Made by a program: the position numbers and the translations under genes
Source: Candidatus Poribacteria bacterium
Lineage (GTDB): Bacteria > Poribacteria > WGA-4E > WGA-3G
Reading direction: 5' to 3'
Assembly: GCA_009841255.1 (NCBI GenBank)
Contig: VXMD01000050.1
Span: forward strand, 17,533 to 81,532
DNA: 64,000 nucleotides
The notes under the pieces: generated by a model
What the model was told of the DNA's origin: nothing
What the model saw: the letters and a program-made list of their open reading frames with translations, nothing else
Database searches by the model: none
In this document: positions 10,012 through 21,100 of the stretch, piece after piece
How the letters are laid out: each line of letters starts with the position of its first letter
Position numbering within the stretch: the stretch's first letter is position 1

Positions 10012-10767
10012 TTAGCCTTCATCTATGACGTAGGGGCGTCTACCCACGGAGGGCGGCAGGAGCATCCGTTTCTGTTGTTCCGTGAGTTCGCCGTATTTGC
10101 TGAGGTCGTGATATTCTCCCGACCATGCGGAGTGTCCCGGACTGTATTTGTAGAGCAGGGAGCGGCGTTGATGTTTTGCCCGCCACGGCATCGTCCCATG
10201 AACAAGCGCTTCAGTGAAGAACAACACATCTCCCGCTTCGACAGGCGGTTGCACGACGTAGTGTGCCGGACGCTCGAAATGCTGCACATCCGACGGTAAG
10301 TCCCGCAAGAAATTGCTCTTGTGGCTGCCCGGAATACAGGCGAATCCGCCCGCGCCTTCTGGTGCATCTGCCAAATTGTAGGTCATCACAGACAATCCGT
10401 TGCGCATAACACCATCGCGGTATTTGTACCAGTGATCCGCCTCAGGACCGCCGGGTCCACCCCCATCTTCACCGCCGTGTAATCTACCGCCTTGTTGCCC
10501 TTCATCCATAAAGATGGTATAATCGTGGTCGAGACGGACGTGCGGACCTAATAACTCGAGGAGATACGGAAGAATCTTCGGATGGTCAATCAGACTCTTA
10601 AAGGGTTCACCCCACAGACTCGACACTCGCTCGCCGTGTCCTCTCAATCTCTCGCTGGATTCGCTATCGATAAACGCATTCATCTCAGCGACTTCGTCCT
10701 CGGTCAAGATGTTCTTTATGACGAGATAGCCTTGAAGGTCTACCTGAAATTTTTCTTCGCTGGTCAT
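10012..10767 (-). CDS. phytanoyl-CoA dioxygenase (PhyH) family protein
   Basis: PhyH fold motifs. HxD...H iron ligands are plausible. The conserved leader element abuts the ATG. Confidence 0.75.
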   Translation of the reverse strand: MTSEEKFQVDLQGYLVIKNILTEDEVAEMNAFIDSESSERLRGHGERVSSLWGEPFKSLIDHPKILPYLLELLGPHVRLDHDYTIFMDEGQQGGRLHGGEDGGGPGGPEADHWYKYRDGVMRNGLSVMTYNLADAPEGAGGFACIPGSHKSNFLRDLPSDVQHFERPAHYVVQPPVEAGDVLFFTEALVHGTMPWRAKHQRRSLLYKYSPGHSAWSGEYHDLSKYGELTEQQKRMLLPPSVGRRPYVIDEG

Positions 10768-10860
10768 TTTTTAATGTTTCCTTGCGGAGAAACAACGTGC
10801 GTTAAGACGCTTAGATGCGTTGCTTATATCCGCCCTCCATTCCATTACGGGCTACAGGTT
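10768..10860 (-). repeat. leader-type intergenic element abutting the ATG of PhyH gene 10012..10767
   Basis: The minus-strand reading ends ...AACGCACGTTGTTTCTCCGCAAGGAAACATTAAAAA-ATG. Confidence 0.6.
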
Positions 10861-10942
10861 TTGAAGGTATCGTCAGAGAAATCCTTGTGTGAGACGAAAA
10901 CCTCTTAACCGATGGGTGGCTGCCAATTGCTAATTGTTTCTT

Positions 10943-11677
10943 CTAACCTGCCTCAATAACCGGGGGTCTTCTACCGACGGACGGCGGCAGGAGCATCCGT
11001 TTCTGTTGTTCCGTCAACCCTTCGTATTTACTGATGTCGTAATAGTGTTCCGACCATGCCGAGTGTCCCGGACTGTATTTATAGAGGAGGGAACGGCGTT
11101 GGTGTTCCGCTGTCCACGGCATCGTCCCGTGGATGAGTGCTTCGGTGAAAAACAGCACGTCCCCGGCTTCGAGTGGTGGTTGGACGACATAGTGTGCCGG
11201 ACGCTCGAAACGTCGCACGTCTGTTGGGAGGTCTGTCGGGAAATTGCACTTGTGGCTCGCTGGGATACAGGCAAATCCGCCCGCTCCCGCTGGTGCATCC
11301 ATCAGATTGTATGTCATCACGGACAGTCCGTTGCGCATGTGTCCATCTCGGTATTTATACCAGTGGTCCCCGACACCTCCACCGGCGCGTCCGCCGTCCT
11401 CGCCGCCGTGTAATCCACCGCGCCCTTGCCCTTTCTCCATGAAGAGGGCGTAGTCGTGGTCGAGTCGGACATGTGGACCCAGCATTTCGATGAGATACGG
11501 CAAGATGTTCGGGTGATCGATGAGTCTCCTGAACGGTTCACCCCAGAGACTCGGTGGTCCCTGGAGGTCGCCTTTGTCGATGATAGCGTTCATCTCAGCG
11601 ACTTCATCGTCGGTCAGCACGTTCTTTATGACGAGGTAACCCTCGAGATCCACTGCAAATTTTTCTTCACCAGTCAT
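10943..11677 (-). CDS. phytanoyl-CoA dioxygenase (PhyH) family protein, tandem paralog
   Basis: About 75% identical to 10012..10767. Same leader motif before the ATG. Confidence 0.75.
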   Translation of the reverse strand: MTGEEKFAVDLEGYLVIKNVLTDDEVAEMNAIIDKGDLQGPPSLWGEPFRRLIDHPNILPYLIEMLGPHVRLDHDYALFMEKGQGRGGLHGGEDGGRAGGGVGDHWYKYRDGHMRNGLSVMTYNLMDAPAGAGGFACIPASHKCNFPTDLPTDVRRFERPAHYVVQPPLEAGDVLFFTEALIHGTMPWTAEHQRRSLLYKYSPGHSAWSEHYYDISKYEGLTEQQKRMLLPPSVGRRPPVIEAG

Positions 11678-11710
11678 TTTTTAATGTTTCCTTGCGGATA
11701 AGTGATGTGG
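11678..11710 (-). repeat. 3'-terminal part of the leader-type element abutting the ATG of PhyH gene 10943..11677
   Basis: Reads ...TCCGCAAGGAAACATTAAAAA-ATG. Confidence 0.5.
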
Positions 11711-11921
11711 TTCGTGATTTGAAGATTTCGGTGTTTGAGTCGCCTGCGTGTTTTTGCGAATCAACGCTGGATTTAGTCTAACCCCAGACTAAATCCGGTA
11801 TTTCTGTGTATTGTTGCAGGCTTACGGACCTGGGTGTACCAAAACCCTCTTAACTGGTAACTGAAAACTGACAACTGAAAACTATTCCTTATTATAGCAT
11901 TACCGAAATATTTCGTAAACG

Positions 11922-13091
11922 TCATATTTTTCGATCTTTCGGTGCCGTGACTTCAAAATCGAAGCCGCCGAGTACATCGCCGTTCACCTCAAGCTCGAAA
12001 CGGTGCCAACCGAGACACGCTTTTCCGTCGTGATGCTGTTTGAGCGACGGCAACGGAAAGACGGGTTTCTCGTAATCGACGCGCTGTCTCGGTTTCAGTT
12101 TCCGTTGACTGAGACGGTAGCGTTTGCGCGTGATGTGTCCCGATGGACGTTTGTAAGCGACTGCGTAGTAGGTCAGGATCGTTTGCGGTGCATCGGATTC
12201 GCTCTGCAAGCTAAACGAGAAACGAAAGGTTTCATTGATTGGGAGAACGTAATGTTCAGGTTTCAGCTCGATGAGTGTGATGTCCGCTTTACCTAACGTC
12301 GGCACTGCGCCTAGACCGAGGAGTTTAAACGCACGTTCGTCCCCAATTTTCACCTGATATTTGAGCGCCTGCCGAAGGATCTGCTGTGTCTCTGGACGTC
12401 CGTCCTGATGCCACCGTTCCAGTGTGGCATAGCCTGCCTCTGGGTAATCCTTGACGATGTCGCGCATGTCCGTCGCGACCTGTTCCCGCACCCGTGCATC
12501 TGGATCGTCTTTGAGGGTTTCCAGAAGTGATAGGATCGGTTGCGGGTCTGGGATAAACGGACGCAGCCATTTTTGCCATACGCCGCGCGTGCAGAGCGAT
12601 GCTGCTACAAACAGACGGGTGTTTGCGTTTTCGTCTTTAACCCATTCAGCGAAGCGTTCAAAACACCGATCCGGGTCTTCGATGATAAACGCACGGATCT
12701 CACCGCCACGGGTACACCGATGTTTTGAGAGTTCATAGAAAGCGTCCAGCGATGCGTCGAAATCCTCCAATCCGTAGAGATTCAGAAAATGCGAAATCGG
12801 GCGCAGACTCGTCTCGACTTCCGGCGTCGGGTGTCGCGTCGGTTCCGGCAGAGCCTCGATCTCGACAAACGCCATCAAGATGGCGAGTGCTTCGGAATAG
12901 TCCTCTGGCAGGTACTGGCGCAGGACGCGACCGATGGCTTTCGTGACGTTATAGAGCGTCTGACCTTCCATCTCCGTCCGGACGTCCGAGACGAAGACAG
13001 CGACATCGAATTCAGGATAGATATGCTGAATCTTTTGACCGATAACCAAGCCGTCTTGTGTCAGATCGAAAAGCGTGCGTTGTTCTCTCAT
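11922..13091 (-). CDS. hypothetical protein, possibly a HEAT-like DNA alkylation repair (AlkD-like) domain with a C-terminal extension
   Basis: Alpha-helical repeats with DPDARVREQVA-type motifs. Family assignment is uncertain. Confidence 0.35.
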   Translation of the reverse strand: MREQRTLFDLTQDGLVIGQKIQHIYPEFDVAVFVSDVRTEMEGQTLYNVTKAIGRVLRQYLPEDYSEALAILMAFVEIEALPEPTRHPTPEVETSLRPISHFLNLYGLEDFDASLDAFYELSKHRCTRGGEIRAFIIEDPDRCFERFAEWVKDENANTRLFVAASLCTRGVWQKWLRPFIPDPQPILSLLETLKDDPDARVREQVATDMRDIVKDYPEAGYATLERWHQDGRPETQQILRQALKYQVKIGDERAFKLLGLGAVPTLGKADITLIELKPEHYVLPINETFRFSFSLQSESDAPQTILTYYAVAYKRPSGHITRKRYRLSQRKLKPRQRVDYEKPVFPLPSLKQHHDGKACLGWHRFELEVNGDVLGGFDFEVTAPKDRKI

Positions 13092-13510
13092 AACTTAAGA
13101 GATTTCATTATTTCACGGAACGGTAATTTCTCTGCGATTGGATCGCTCTACAACTGCCCCAGATCGTATGGATTAGCGGTTAGCGAGTTGGGCACGGAGA
13201 CGCGCTAACTCGGCTTCCGCTGCCTGTCGACGTTCCTGTTCTTCTCTGGCGCGTCTCTCTGCGGCTTGCCGTTGTTCTTCTGCGACTTGTAGATCTTCCT
13301 GTGCGGCTTCTTTCAATGCCTTATCTTCCTGAGAAGTCGTTTATTTTCTTTCTTTGGTTTCAAAGTCGCTGAGGGTATTCACTGTTTTACTCCTTTGTAT
13401 CCCAGGACAAGAACCCCGCTGGTTTTATGTAATTTTAGCGACATACATATTCCTTGTCAAGCAACATTTTCGGCTAAAAAGTTCTGATTTTCAGGAGAAT
13501 TCCCCTTAAA

Positions 13511-13533
13511 AATGTTACACCAGTGTAACATTT
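13511..13533. promoter_or_regulatory. perfect 10-bp inverted repeat AATGTTACAC-CAG-GTGTAACATT (operator-like)
   Basis: The TGTAACATT motif recurs at 13631..13643 in the same 785-bp AT-rich non-coding region at the left edge of the island. Confidence 0.35.
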
Positions 13534-13876
13534 GGTGTACAAAGTTGATCGGCGAAGAACCCAGTGGTTGTAAGGGTTCAGAGGCGTTTTTACGTTCGTT
13601 TCCGTTTTAGAAAAAAATAATTTGGCGTAAAGTGTAACATTTTACTGAGGGTTGATTCATTGCCTTATTCGGGATCTGCTGCAGTCGATTATCTCGTTTT
13701 TTATTTGCGGTTGTGAACGAGTTTTTAGAGGTTCTCTGAATGTTAATATAATATATTTTAAGTATAACATATATAAAGGAAAAAGTCAAGGGGAATATTC
13801 AGTTTTTTTAATTGTCTGAATCGCGGATTACACGGATGACGCGGAGTGGGTGTTTTTGTTTGCTGTATTTCCTGAT

Positions 13877-16800
13877 TTAGCGAATGTCTAACGCTGGCAG
13901 GTTGTTAACGATGTCTACTGTCTCCAAACTTACTGTTATCACCTTCGCAATCAACTTGACGATATACTGCGGATCGTCGATACGGTTCGGATTGTTGACG
14001 ATACCGCTCCGTTTATCCGTTTTCACGCGATACTGGTCTATTACCCACTCTAACGCCGAACGGGTGCCAAGTCGATAGCCGAAAGTCTTTGTGGGAATAC
14101 CCGAGATCGTTAGGAAGTTGTTATAGACAAGCGAGGCTTTGTCTTTTGAGAGTTTCATTTTCTCAACGCGCCAATCGAGCGGGACTTCCTGGTTCTGAAT
14201 GAATTTGAGATCGCTATATTCAGGTTGGGATTCGTAGTTGACGTGGAGATCTGATAGCCGCGCACCTGCCTTCGCAAATTCCCAGAAATCATTGACGAAG
14301 GGGATATGCGGGAGATCGCGTTTGAGGTTGGCGGCATACTTCTCACGGTAGTCGGGATGGTGTAGGATGCCGTAGTTGTAGTGGAAGATGTCCCACTTGG
14401 TGATGGTATTGTCTTGATAGTGGGTTCGGAACTGTGTCAATGCCCAATCGGTGATGTTTTCTTGGCGGTTTGTGCCATCCTCGTCGTAGGTGTAGAAGGG
14501 AAAGCATTGAGAACCTCCCTGTGGCAACTGATCGGGTAATTGGTTGACCATCAGTCCAAACATCGGCCACTCTTTGCCAACTTTAAGCCATATCACCCGA
14601 TTTTCCGTTTCTGTATAAAGCGTGGGAAAAATAGATGGAAATACGGCAACTACATCATTCATTGTTCGGTCAAAGTAGAGGTTGGATTTTGTAAACGGAC
14701 GATAGAGGGCTGTTCTTACCTTGTGCTCAGTATATTCGGACGTTGTGCCTCGCTCTAATTTCACTTTTAAATCACGACTCCACTTAATCTGTGTGTCCTC
14801 GGAAACCACAAAGTTATCAAGGTCAACATTGCGATCTTTCCGCTGCGTCCAGCGGGCGACCTCAGCGTTATAGGTTTCATTCATGCGGTCCACATTCGTA
14901 ATAAGCGTGTTTCGGTCGAAATTGTAAGCCCAGGCATCACGATTGGTTTTTACGCCGTTGCTATAGGTTTTAAAGATCACATCTGTAGGATCATCTTTTA
15001 CCATCTTTGCTGCCTTACTTCCCATCGGAATAAAGGTGTCAAATTCGGCATAGAGCCCTTCGGTAAGCCACGTATATCGCGCATCCGGTTGAATGTTTTG
15101 CCATTCAATTCTGCCTGCGTGCTCCCGTTCATTTAGAAAATCGAACTTCTGTTTCCTGTTCCACAAATCATCTGTACAGTAGTAAAAAATACGAGGTGAT
15201 TTGGACAGATGCCGCTTATTCTTCACGAACAGGTTGATACTCACACCGACACGAATCCCAAACACATTCGCATCGGAGACCTTCAATCCTTTCCGGGCAT
15301 TTCCTCCTAAATCCAGAATATAAATCGCGTCACAATCCTCAGCGAGATGTTTCCGCATGCCGTCAAATGCAACTCCGTCAAGGAAACTGTTGTTCGTTAC
15401 GAAGGCGACAACTCCCTCATCGCCAATTCTATCCAAAGCCCATCGGATGGCTTTGACATACGGATCGTAAAGTTTATTTCTCAGGGTCGCTTTGGAGTCT
15501 TTCGCGTAAGTGTCCGCGATCCGTTCGTTCATCGTCTCATAGTGCCGATTCTTGTTGTTGTCGTTTTCGTTGACTTGTCCTGCGTTGTAAGGTGGGTTGC
15601 CGATAATCACAAACATCGGTGTCTGCTTCTGCTTCTCAACACGTTCTGTATTGGCAGGCGTAAACATCTGTATCTGTCGTTCTTCTGCCATCTCAAACGT
15701 ATCTACCAGACAGATACCTTCATACGGAGCGTATCGGTGCGTTGCGGCGTAAAACTGTTGTTCTATGTTGAGACTGGCGATGTAGTAGGGCAGCAGCATC
15801 ACCTCGTTGCACTGGAGTTCCGGCGGATTCGCAGTGTATTTTCGCTCTAACGAAATAGGATCGAGTTCCTGCATGACACGCACGATGAAGTTACCCGTGC
15901 CGACAAACGGATCAATGATATTCACGCCGCTTTCTGAGAGTGATCGATTAAACTCGGTCTGTAGGATATGTTCAACGCTTTTCACCATAAAGTCGACAAT
16001 CGGCTGCGGTGTGTAGACGATACCGTGTGTATCAGCGACCTTGACGGAGAAGCCTTGAAAAAACTGCTCGTAGACAGCATTGAGGAATCCCTGTTTCTGT
16101 GAGAAATCCGTGATAGTCGCCGCCGTTTTCTCAATCGCAACGTAGAACGGATCCAAGCTCTGAAGAAACTGGTCACGATTCAGGGCATGCTCCGTCAGCA
16201 CATCAACCACTTTCTCGATGTCTCTGGCAATGATGTTACGTCGCGTGAAATCGCGGTTCTTGAAAACGGTCGCGAAAATTCGCTCTGTCAGGAGATGTTG
16301 AATGAGCATCTCCTCTACAGCGGCAATTGCGAGGTTTGGATTAATGGAGGCTTGGCACTGCTGATGAAAGTTGCTGAACGCCTCTCGGAAGTGTGGATTG
16401 TTTTGACGTTCTGTTTCGATGAGTGCTGCCAACTTTTCGCCGAGTTCCGGCACCGTCTCTCTGAATTCGGAGACTGCCGCGTGCCATGCCGAAATATTCG
16501 CCTCCTGATACGCGAAGAAAGTCTGTAGCATACGGACAAGGTTTCTCGGATCGGTGATATCCACATCGAGTTGTAGCTGCCCATCCTGATAGAGGAGCGC
16601 GTGGGTCGGTGACTGCACAACAATATTTTTTGACGGATAGCCTGCAGCAAACTTCTTGGACGCTTCACTATGGAGGTCGTCTTGTGTATCTTTCGCTTCC
16701 CAATAGCCGTGTGGCAGTCCGAAGGCATCGACGACTTCACCATCCGGTCGGATGTGTCTGTAACCGCCTTGGGTCGTTGTATCATCTGCAGCGCGTGTCT

Positions 16801-16969
16801 TTTCACAGAGCAGTGTAAAATCGGATTGGTGGCAATAGTGTTGAAGGAGATTTTGGAATGCGGCACGGACGGTGCCTTCGTTTTCTTCACCCAGTTGCGC
16901 GTATTTTTCCAGTTCGGCGTAGTAGGTCTTGATAGGTTTATGCGTAGGCTTGATGTTCAGATCGGACAT
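13877..16969 (-). CDS. MmeI-family single-polypeptide type IIL/IIG restriction-modification enzyme
   Basis: N-terminal PD-(D/E)xK nuclease motif (RPDGEVVD...YWEAKD). Central gamma-class N6-adenine methyltransferase motif IV GNPPYN. Long C-terminal target-recognition region. 1030 aa. Confidence 0.7.
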   Translation of the reverse strand: MSDLNIKPTHKPIKTYYAELEKYAQLGEENEGTVRAAFQNLLQHYCHQSDFTLLCEKTRAADDTTTQGGYRHIRPDGEVVDAFGLPHGYWEAKDTQDDLHSEASKKFAAGYPSKNIVVQSPTHALLYQDGQLQLDVDITDPRNLVRMLQTFFAYQEANISAWHAAVSEFRETVPELGEKLAALIETERQNNPHFREAFSNFHQQCQASINPNLAIAAVEEMLIQHLLTERIFATVFKNRDFTRRNIIARDIEKVVDVLTEHALNRDQFLQSLDPFYVAIEKTAATITDFSQKQGFLNAVYEQFFQGFSVKVADTHGIVYTPQPIVDFMVKSVEHILQTEFNRSLSESGVNIIDPFVGTGNFIVRVMQELDPISLERKYTANPPELQCNEVMLLPYYIASLNIEQQFYAATHRYAPYEGICLVDTFEMAEERQIQMFTPANTERVEKQKQTPMFVIIGNPPYNAGQVNENDNNKNRHYETMNERIADTYAKDSKATLRNKLYDPYVKAIRWALDRIGDEGVVAFVTNNSFLDGVAFDGMRKHLAEDCDAIYILDLGGNARKGLKVSDANVFGIRVGVSINLFVKNKRHLSKSPRIFYYCTDDLWNRKQKFDFLNEREHAGRIEWQNIQPDARYTWLTEGLYAEFDTFIPMGSKAAKMVKDDPTDVIFKTYSNGVKTNRDAWAYNFDRNTLITNVDRMNETYNAEVARWTQRKDRNVDLDNFVVSEDTQIKWSRDLKVKLERGTTSEYTEHKVRTALYRPFTKSNLYFDRTMNDVVAVFPSIFPTLYTETENRVIWLKVGKEWPMFGLMVNQLPDQLPQGGSQCFPFYTYDEDGTNRQENITDWALTQFRTHYQDNTITKWDIFHYNYGILHHPDYREKYAANLKRDLPHIPFVNDFWEFAKAGARLSDLHVNYESQPEYSDLKFIQNQEVPLDWRVEKMKLSKDKASLVYNNFLTISGIPTKTFGYRLGTRSALEWVIDQYRVKTDKRSGIVNNPNRIDDPQYIVKLIAKVITVSLETVDIVNNLPALDIR

Positions 16970-17197
16970 CTATGTTCTCCGTGTGTTGTGGGTATCAGAG
17001 CGATACCCCATTATACACGGAGGCGTCCGAAATTGCGAAGAGAATTTTGCGATAGAAACAAGTAGACCTCTCAGTGAAATGTAGGTGTGAAAACGAGTTG
17101 TGGTTCCAAACCGCTTTTGACTTTTGCCGAAAAACGTGACATGATACCTGTCCTAAGCCCTCAATTCTGCAACGGATGGATATTTACGAAATGTGCA

Positions 17198-18046
17198 CTA
17201 CTTATGACAAATCAAACACGGTTCCTCGTCATCTTCGTCGTCATGGACATCGGTGAGGATATCTATCAGACGGCGATTCGGTTTTGCTGTTTTCTTGGAT
17301 GCCATCGCTTTTTCGGTGTTTGCCTTGATTTGTGCTATCCGTTTTGGATCCGACAACTCCTCTAAACTTTCGCCTTGGCACCATGTGAACTGTTCACCTG
17401 TCTCTGGATTGGATTTCTCGTATTCCTTGGCGAGTTCGAAGAGATTTGGATGCTGCTCCAATAATCCGACCCACTCGGATTTGCGCTGGAAGAAACAGAA
17501 ATAACATCCGGAGCGCGTCCGCCACTTATAATAGTCAGGTAGACCGACTCCACTTTCCTCCAGAATTCGGTAGACATCCGCTTTAGTAATGCCATCTTCT
17601 TTAAAGGGGTATTTCGGTTCGATGTTGCGGAGCGAGGAGGTCTGTGGCGGTTTGTAGCCAACGCGATCTTCATCTGCACGAATGGCGATGTAGTGATACG
17701 CTTTGTCTTCACCTACATATTCTTCAAAGGGTCTTATTTTGAGGTTGACAGTGCACCAACGGACTTGAGAGGATGGCAGTAAGCCGCCGTAAAGCGTCAA
17801 CCAGTGGTCGAAATCTCGGTTCTTACTGTCATCGGAATCCATGTTGAGGCGCACAATCGGTTTGCCGAGAAGTGCTTCTAACCGGTCCAAAAACGCATAG
17901 GTCTCTGGCAATTCTTTACCGGTATCGGAAAAGAAGTATTCCATCTCTGGCACCCTGTCCCGCATGTAAACTGCAAGGGCAGAGCTATCTTTTCCTCCAG
18001 AAAGCCCGAGGAGATGACGTGTTTTTTGTCCCATACTTCCTCCCAA
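17198..18046 (-). CDS. PAPS reductase-like PP-loop ATP pyrophosphatase (DndC/SspD/BrxP-like)
   Basis: PP-loop LSGGKDSS and RWCT motif. C-terminal cysteine clusters CYFCFF and CLICHK. Confidence 0.8.
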   Translation of the reverse strand: MGGSMGQKTRHLLGLSGGKDSSALAVYMRDRVPEMEYFFSDTGKELPETYAFLDRLEALLGKPIVRLNMDSDDSKNRDFDHWLTLYGGLLPSSQVRWCTVNLKIRPFEEYVGEDKAYHYIAIRADEDRVGYKPPQTSSLRNIEPKYPFKEDGITKADVYRILEESGVGLPDYYKWRTRSGCYFCFFQRKSEWVGLLEQHPNLFELAKEYEKSNPETGEQFTWCQGESLEELSDPKRIAQIKANTEKAMASKKTAKPNRRLIDILTDVHDDEDDEEPCLICHK

Positions 18047-18104
18047 GGTGAATTCTTTATTGAGAACTTTTACATTTTAATCATAGCACGTATCTGCCAA
18101 GATG

Positions 18105-21100
18105 TCAAGTTGTTCTTTTCTTTTCAGATTCCTGCATCAGCTTTTGTGAGATGCGCCCTAAAACCGCAAGACGAAATTCAGGATTTCCATCCGTATCAAT
18201 TTCGTTAGAAGCTTTCTCAATTGCGCGTTCCAATTTATCTGCTTGTTCCTCGGAAGTTGAAGGCAAAATGACAACCTGTTCCTGTTCGAGGTGTTTAGGT
18301 CTCGTAACGCCGACACGAATTAGTTCACCTGCTGGTAATTCAGTATGATCCCATTTTTCGTAAGACACCGCTTCGAAATGCCGAAATTTCCTTGCGGTTT
18401 GAGACAAGTTGATCTCAAATTGAGCTTTGTCCATGTCGGTCCAAGATGCCGGTGGTCTTTTGGTAAGATAGGTTGCTATTGCCTCAAGCCAACTGGTAAA
18501 ATCATATCCACTGCTACAGGTTCGAATTAAAAATCCTTTAAACTCAGTTTCGATTACTATTTCTAATAAGGGCTCAGCTTTGGTGACCAATTCTGTTCGA
18601 AGTTCTTCTTTCTTCGGTGTCAAATTGAAGGCTTTCGCGAGCAATTGCTCAATGAAGTTCAGCAGCACTTCGTAAGCCTGCTCTAACTCGGACAGAGCAT
18701 CTTGCAGTGTAGTGAAGAAATCCGAAACAATCTTTGTATCTGTTGCTGTTTCTGTGCCAAAGGCAGGAAATCCAAGTGCTTCAGGCAATTGATTAAAAAG
18801 GAGTTCGTCAGGTTCACGCGCATTCAGAACAGTTTCCCTTACATTTTTTGATGCGTCACTCAATTCTTGTGTTGTTAGTACATACTTTGGCAGTTGTGCT
18901 ATAGAGTGTATAAGCGGCGTAATGGCCGTCAATAAATCAGAATTTTCAGTTGCGACCGGTTGATCGAGCATCTCCAAAAATTGTGCTAACAGATCCGCGC
19001 GAATACCGACTATCCGAAAACATTTCAGTTCAAATTGTTGAGGCACTTTGAGTAATCTTTCAAAAACTGGCATTGACCAGCCTGGTATAAAAGAGCCGTT
19101 TTCATAAAGGGCGATTTCGGTTTTGTGATGCAGCATCGTGGCACACAAAAGAATAGACAATGGACCATTTCGAACGCCGAGGGGAGGCGACATCAAACGT
19201 TCATAGAGGCGGATAACGGGTTGTCGCTCACCTTCACATTCGCTAAGAAACGTCTCGATCGCTTGCCATGTGTGTACTATTCTACTTTTATCATCTGGAT
19301 GTGGGGGATGGAATCCCCATACACCTCCAACTTCGCGGTGTATCCCCGTGTTCCATAAGAGGGAGCGGTAGATGCTCATTTGAGGAGGATAGCTTTTGAT
19401 GTCAAGATTGTTCTTGTCACCATTTTCAAGCATGGCTTTAATCAAGTGCTTTCTTGCTGTTGTTGCGGCACCAGAAATTTCCCGTCGGTTGATCAATTCA
19501 TTCTGAATAATGGGGGTTTTATCATATATCTCATCACATATTTTTGAGAGGTAAGTATTTCTCGCGCGTTGAGAATTAATGTTTACGGGTTGTCCCTTGT
19601 GGTACCATGTACAAGCCCCTTTACTGTCCTCGCCAAATATTGCTGTTAATCTATCAGATGCTTCTTTCTCCGCTTGTACCTGTTGTGCTGAGAGTTCATC
19701 TCTCGCTACCGCGTCACCATCTAACTCGGGTGTATGTTCGGCTACCCAACGTAAACTAGCGAGTTGACAGACAGCGTCTTGCAGAGTACCAATGGGGTGC
19801 GGAATTGCAATCAATACCTCTTTGCGTTCTATTAGTTTGGTGCTACTCGCCTTTTTACTTAGTTGATTGGCTTCGTGTTCGTTTGTGGGTAGGGCATAAA
19901 GTACAAGTCCATCTGCATCGTCAACAGGTTTTTCTATATCCGTATCGAAGTTTTCGAGGTCGGTGTACTGAACGGCAAAGTATCGCAAGGTGCCAGTTTC
20001 AAATAAGTGCCTTCGTGCGACAAGCGGACGCGTCGGCAAATAACGGGACAGATCAGTGGAGAGAGAACCTTGTGTGTCAATATGCCTTTCTGCTTCTCGG
20101 AGTTTTGCCTCGAGGTCGACGTCACTCCCTTCCCAAATCGCATAAGCCTTATTATAAAGACGGTAGATAGCAATTGAGCGGTCTTGCAACGTAGCAAGTG
20201 ATGTCTCAAATTCATGGGCAAACTTGTCCGTTTTATCATCTAATGCGTAACGGAGCATCGACTCTGAAGCTTTCAAATTTGGAACCGCTTCACCAACGAT
20301 GCCGAGTATCCCAATCGTTTTAATCAGCTTGGCTGACATAGCAGACGAGTCTGACAATCGACCTATTGCCAATTCAGTTTCTGCCCACTTCTTGCTATTG
20401 TGTGAGATATACAGACGGTTTCCCATATTAGTTTTGAGGTAATCGTACAGATCGGCAATTGAGAACAGGGGCAGTGTATCTTTGTTGTAATGTTGATTAA
20501 AAAGAAAGTCTTGGAATCCGTGAGGTTCGCTTGAGCTGAGAAAGGCAAAGAGGGAGCGTTCGTTCTGACCGAATCGCCGGAAGATCGAATCTATAACAAG
20601 TACCACAGTCGGATGGAGTGGAAGACAGTTTCTCAGAAGTTCGCTGAATTCGTCCTCGGTAAGTTGGCTTGGCTTTAGGTCAAATTTAATAGGTAAAGAT
20701 AAATTTTCTTCCTTACCTTCTGGGGTCCGTTCAATAGCGGTGCTAATCAAACGGAGTACCTGCTCCGTAGGTTCTACAAATGCTATATCCTCGAACCTTC
20801 CCTGTATCTTTGCCCACTCTTCCTGTTGTGATTTGGCTAATTTGTTTGCATATTGCTCAAAAGCTTGATGCAGAATCGTCAGCAAAAGCAGTGGAGTTTG
20901 CTGGTTACTTCGTGTAGCGAATTCAGCAAGGGTTTGTAGCACAAATACATCACCTTGTGCAGGATTTTGTGCAGCATACTCAAGAAATTTTCCAAGTTCA
21001 TCAATCACTAATAACAAACCCTGTCCGCCGTTTTTCTCGATAGTGCGCGTTGCAGACTCAAAAAGGTTCGTGATTTCAGAGGCTTGGAGGGACGTGTTAT

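Noticed and set aside
13200-13330. Minus-strand coiled-coil-like small ORF (KALKEAAQEDLQVAEEQRQAAERRAREEQERRQAAEAELARLRAQLANR)
   Set aside because: It has no ATG or GTG start in frame after the upstream stop. Charged, low-complexity translations are common in GA-rich DNA. It was left unannotated.
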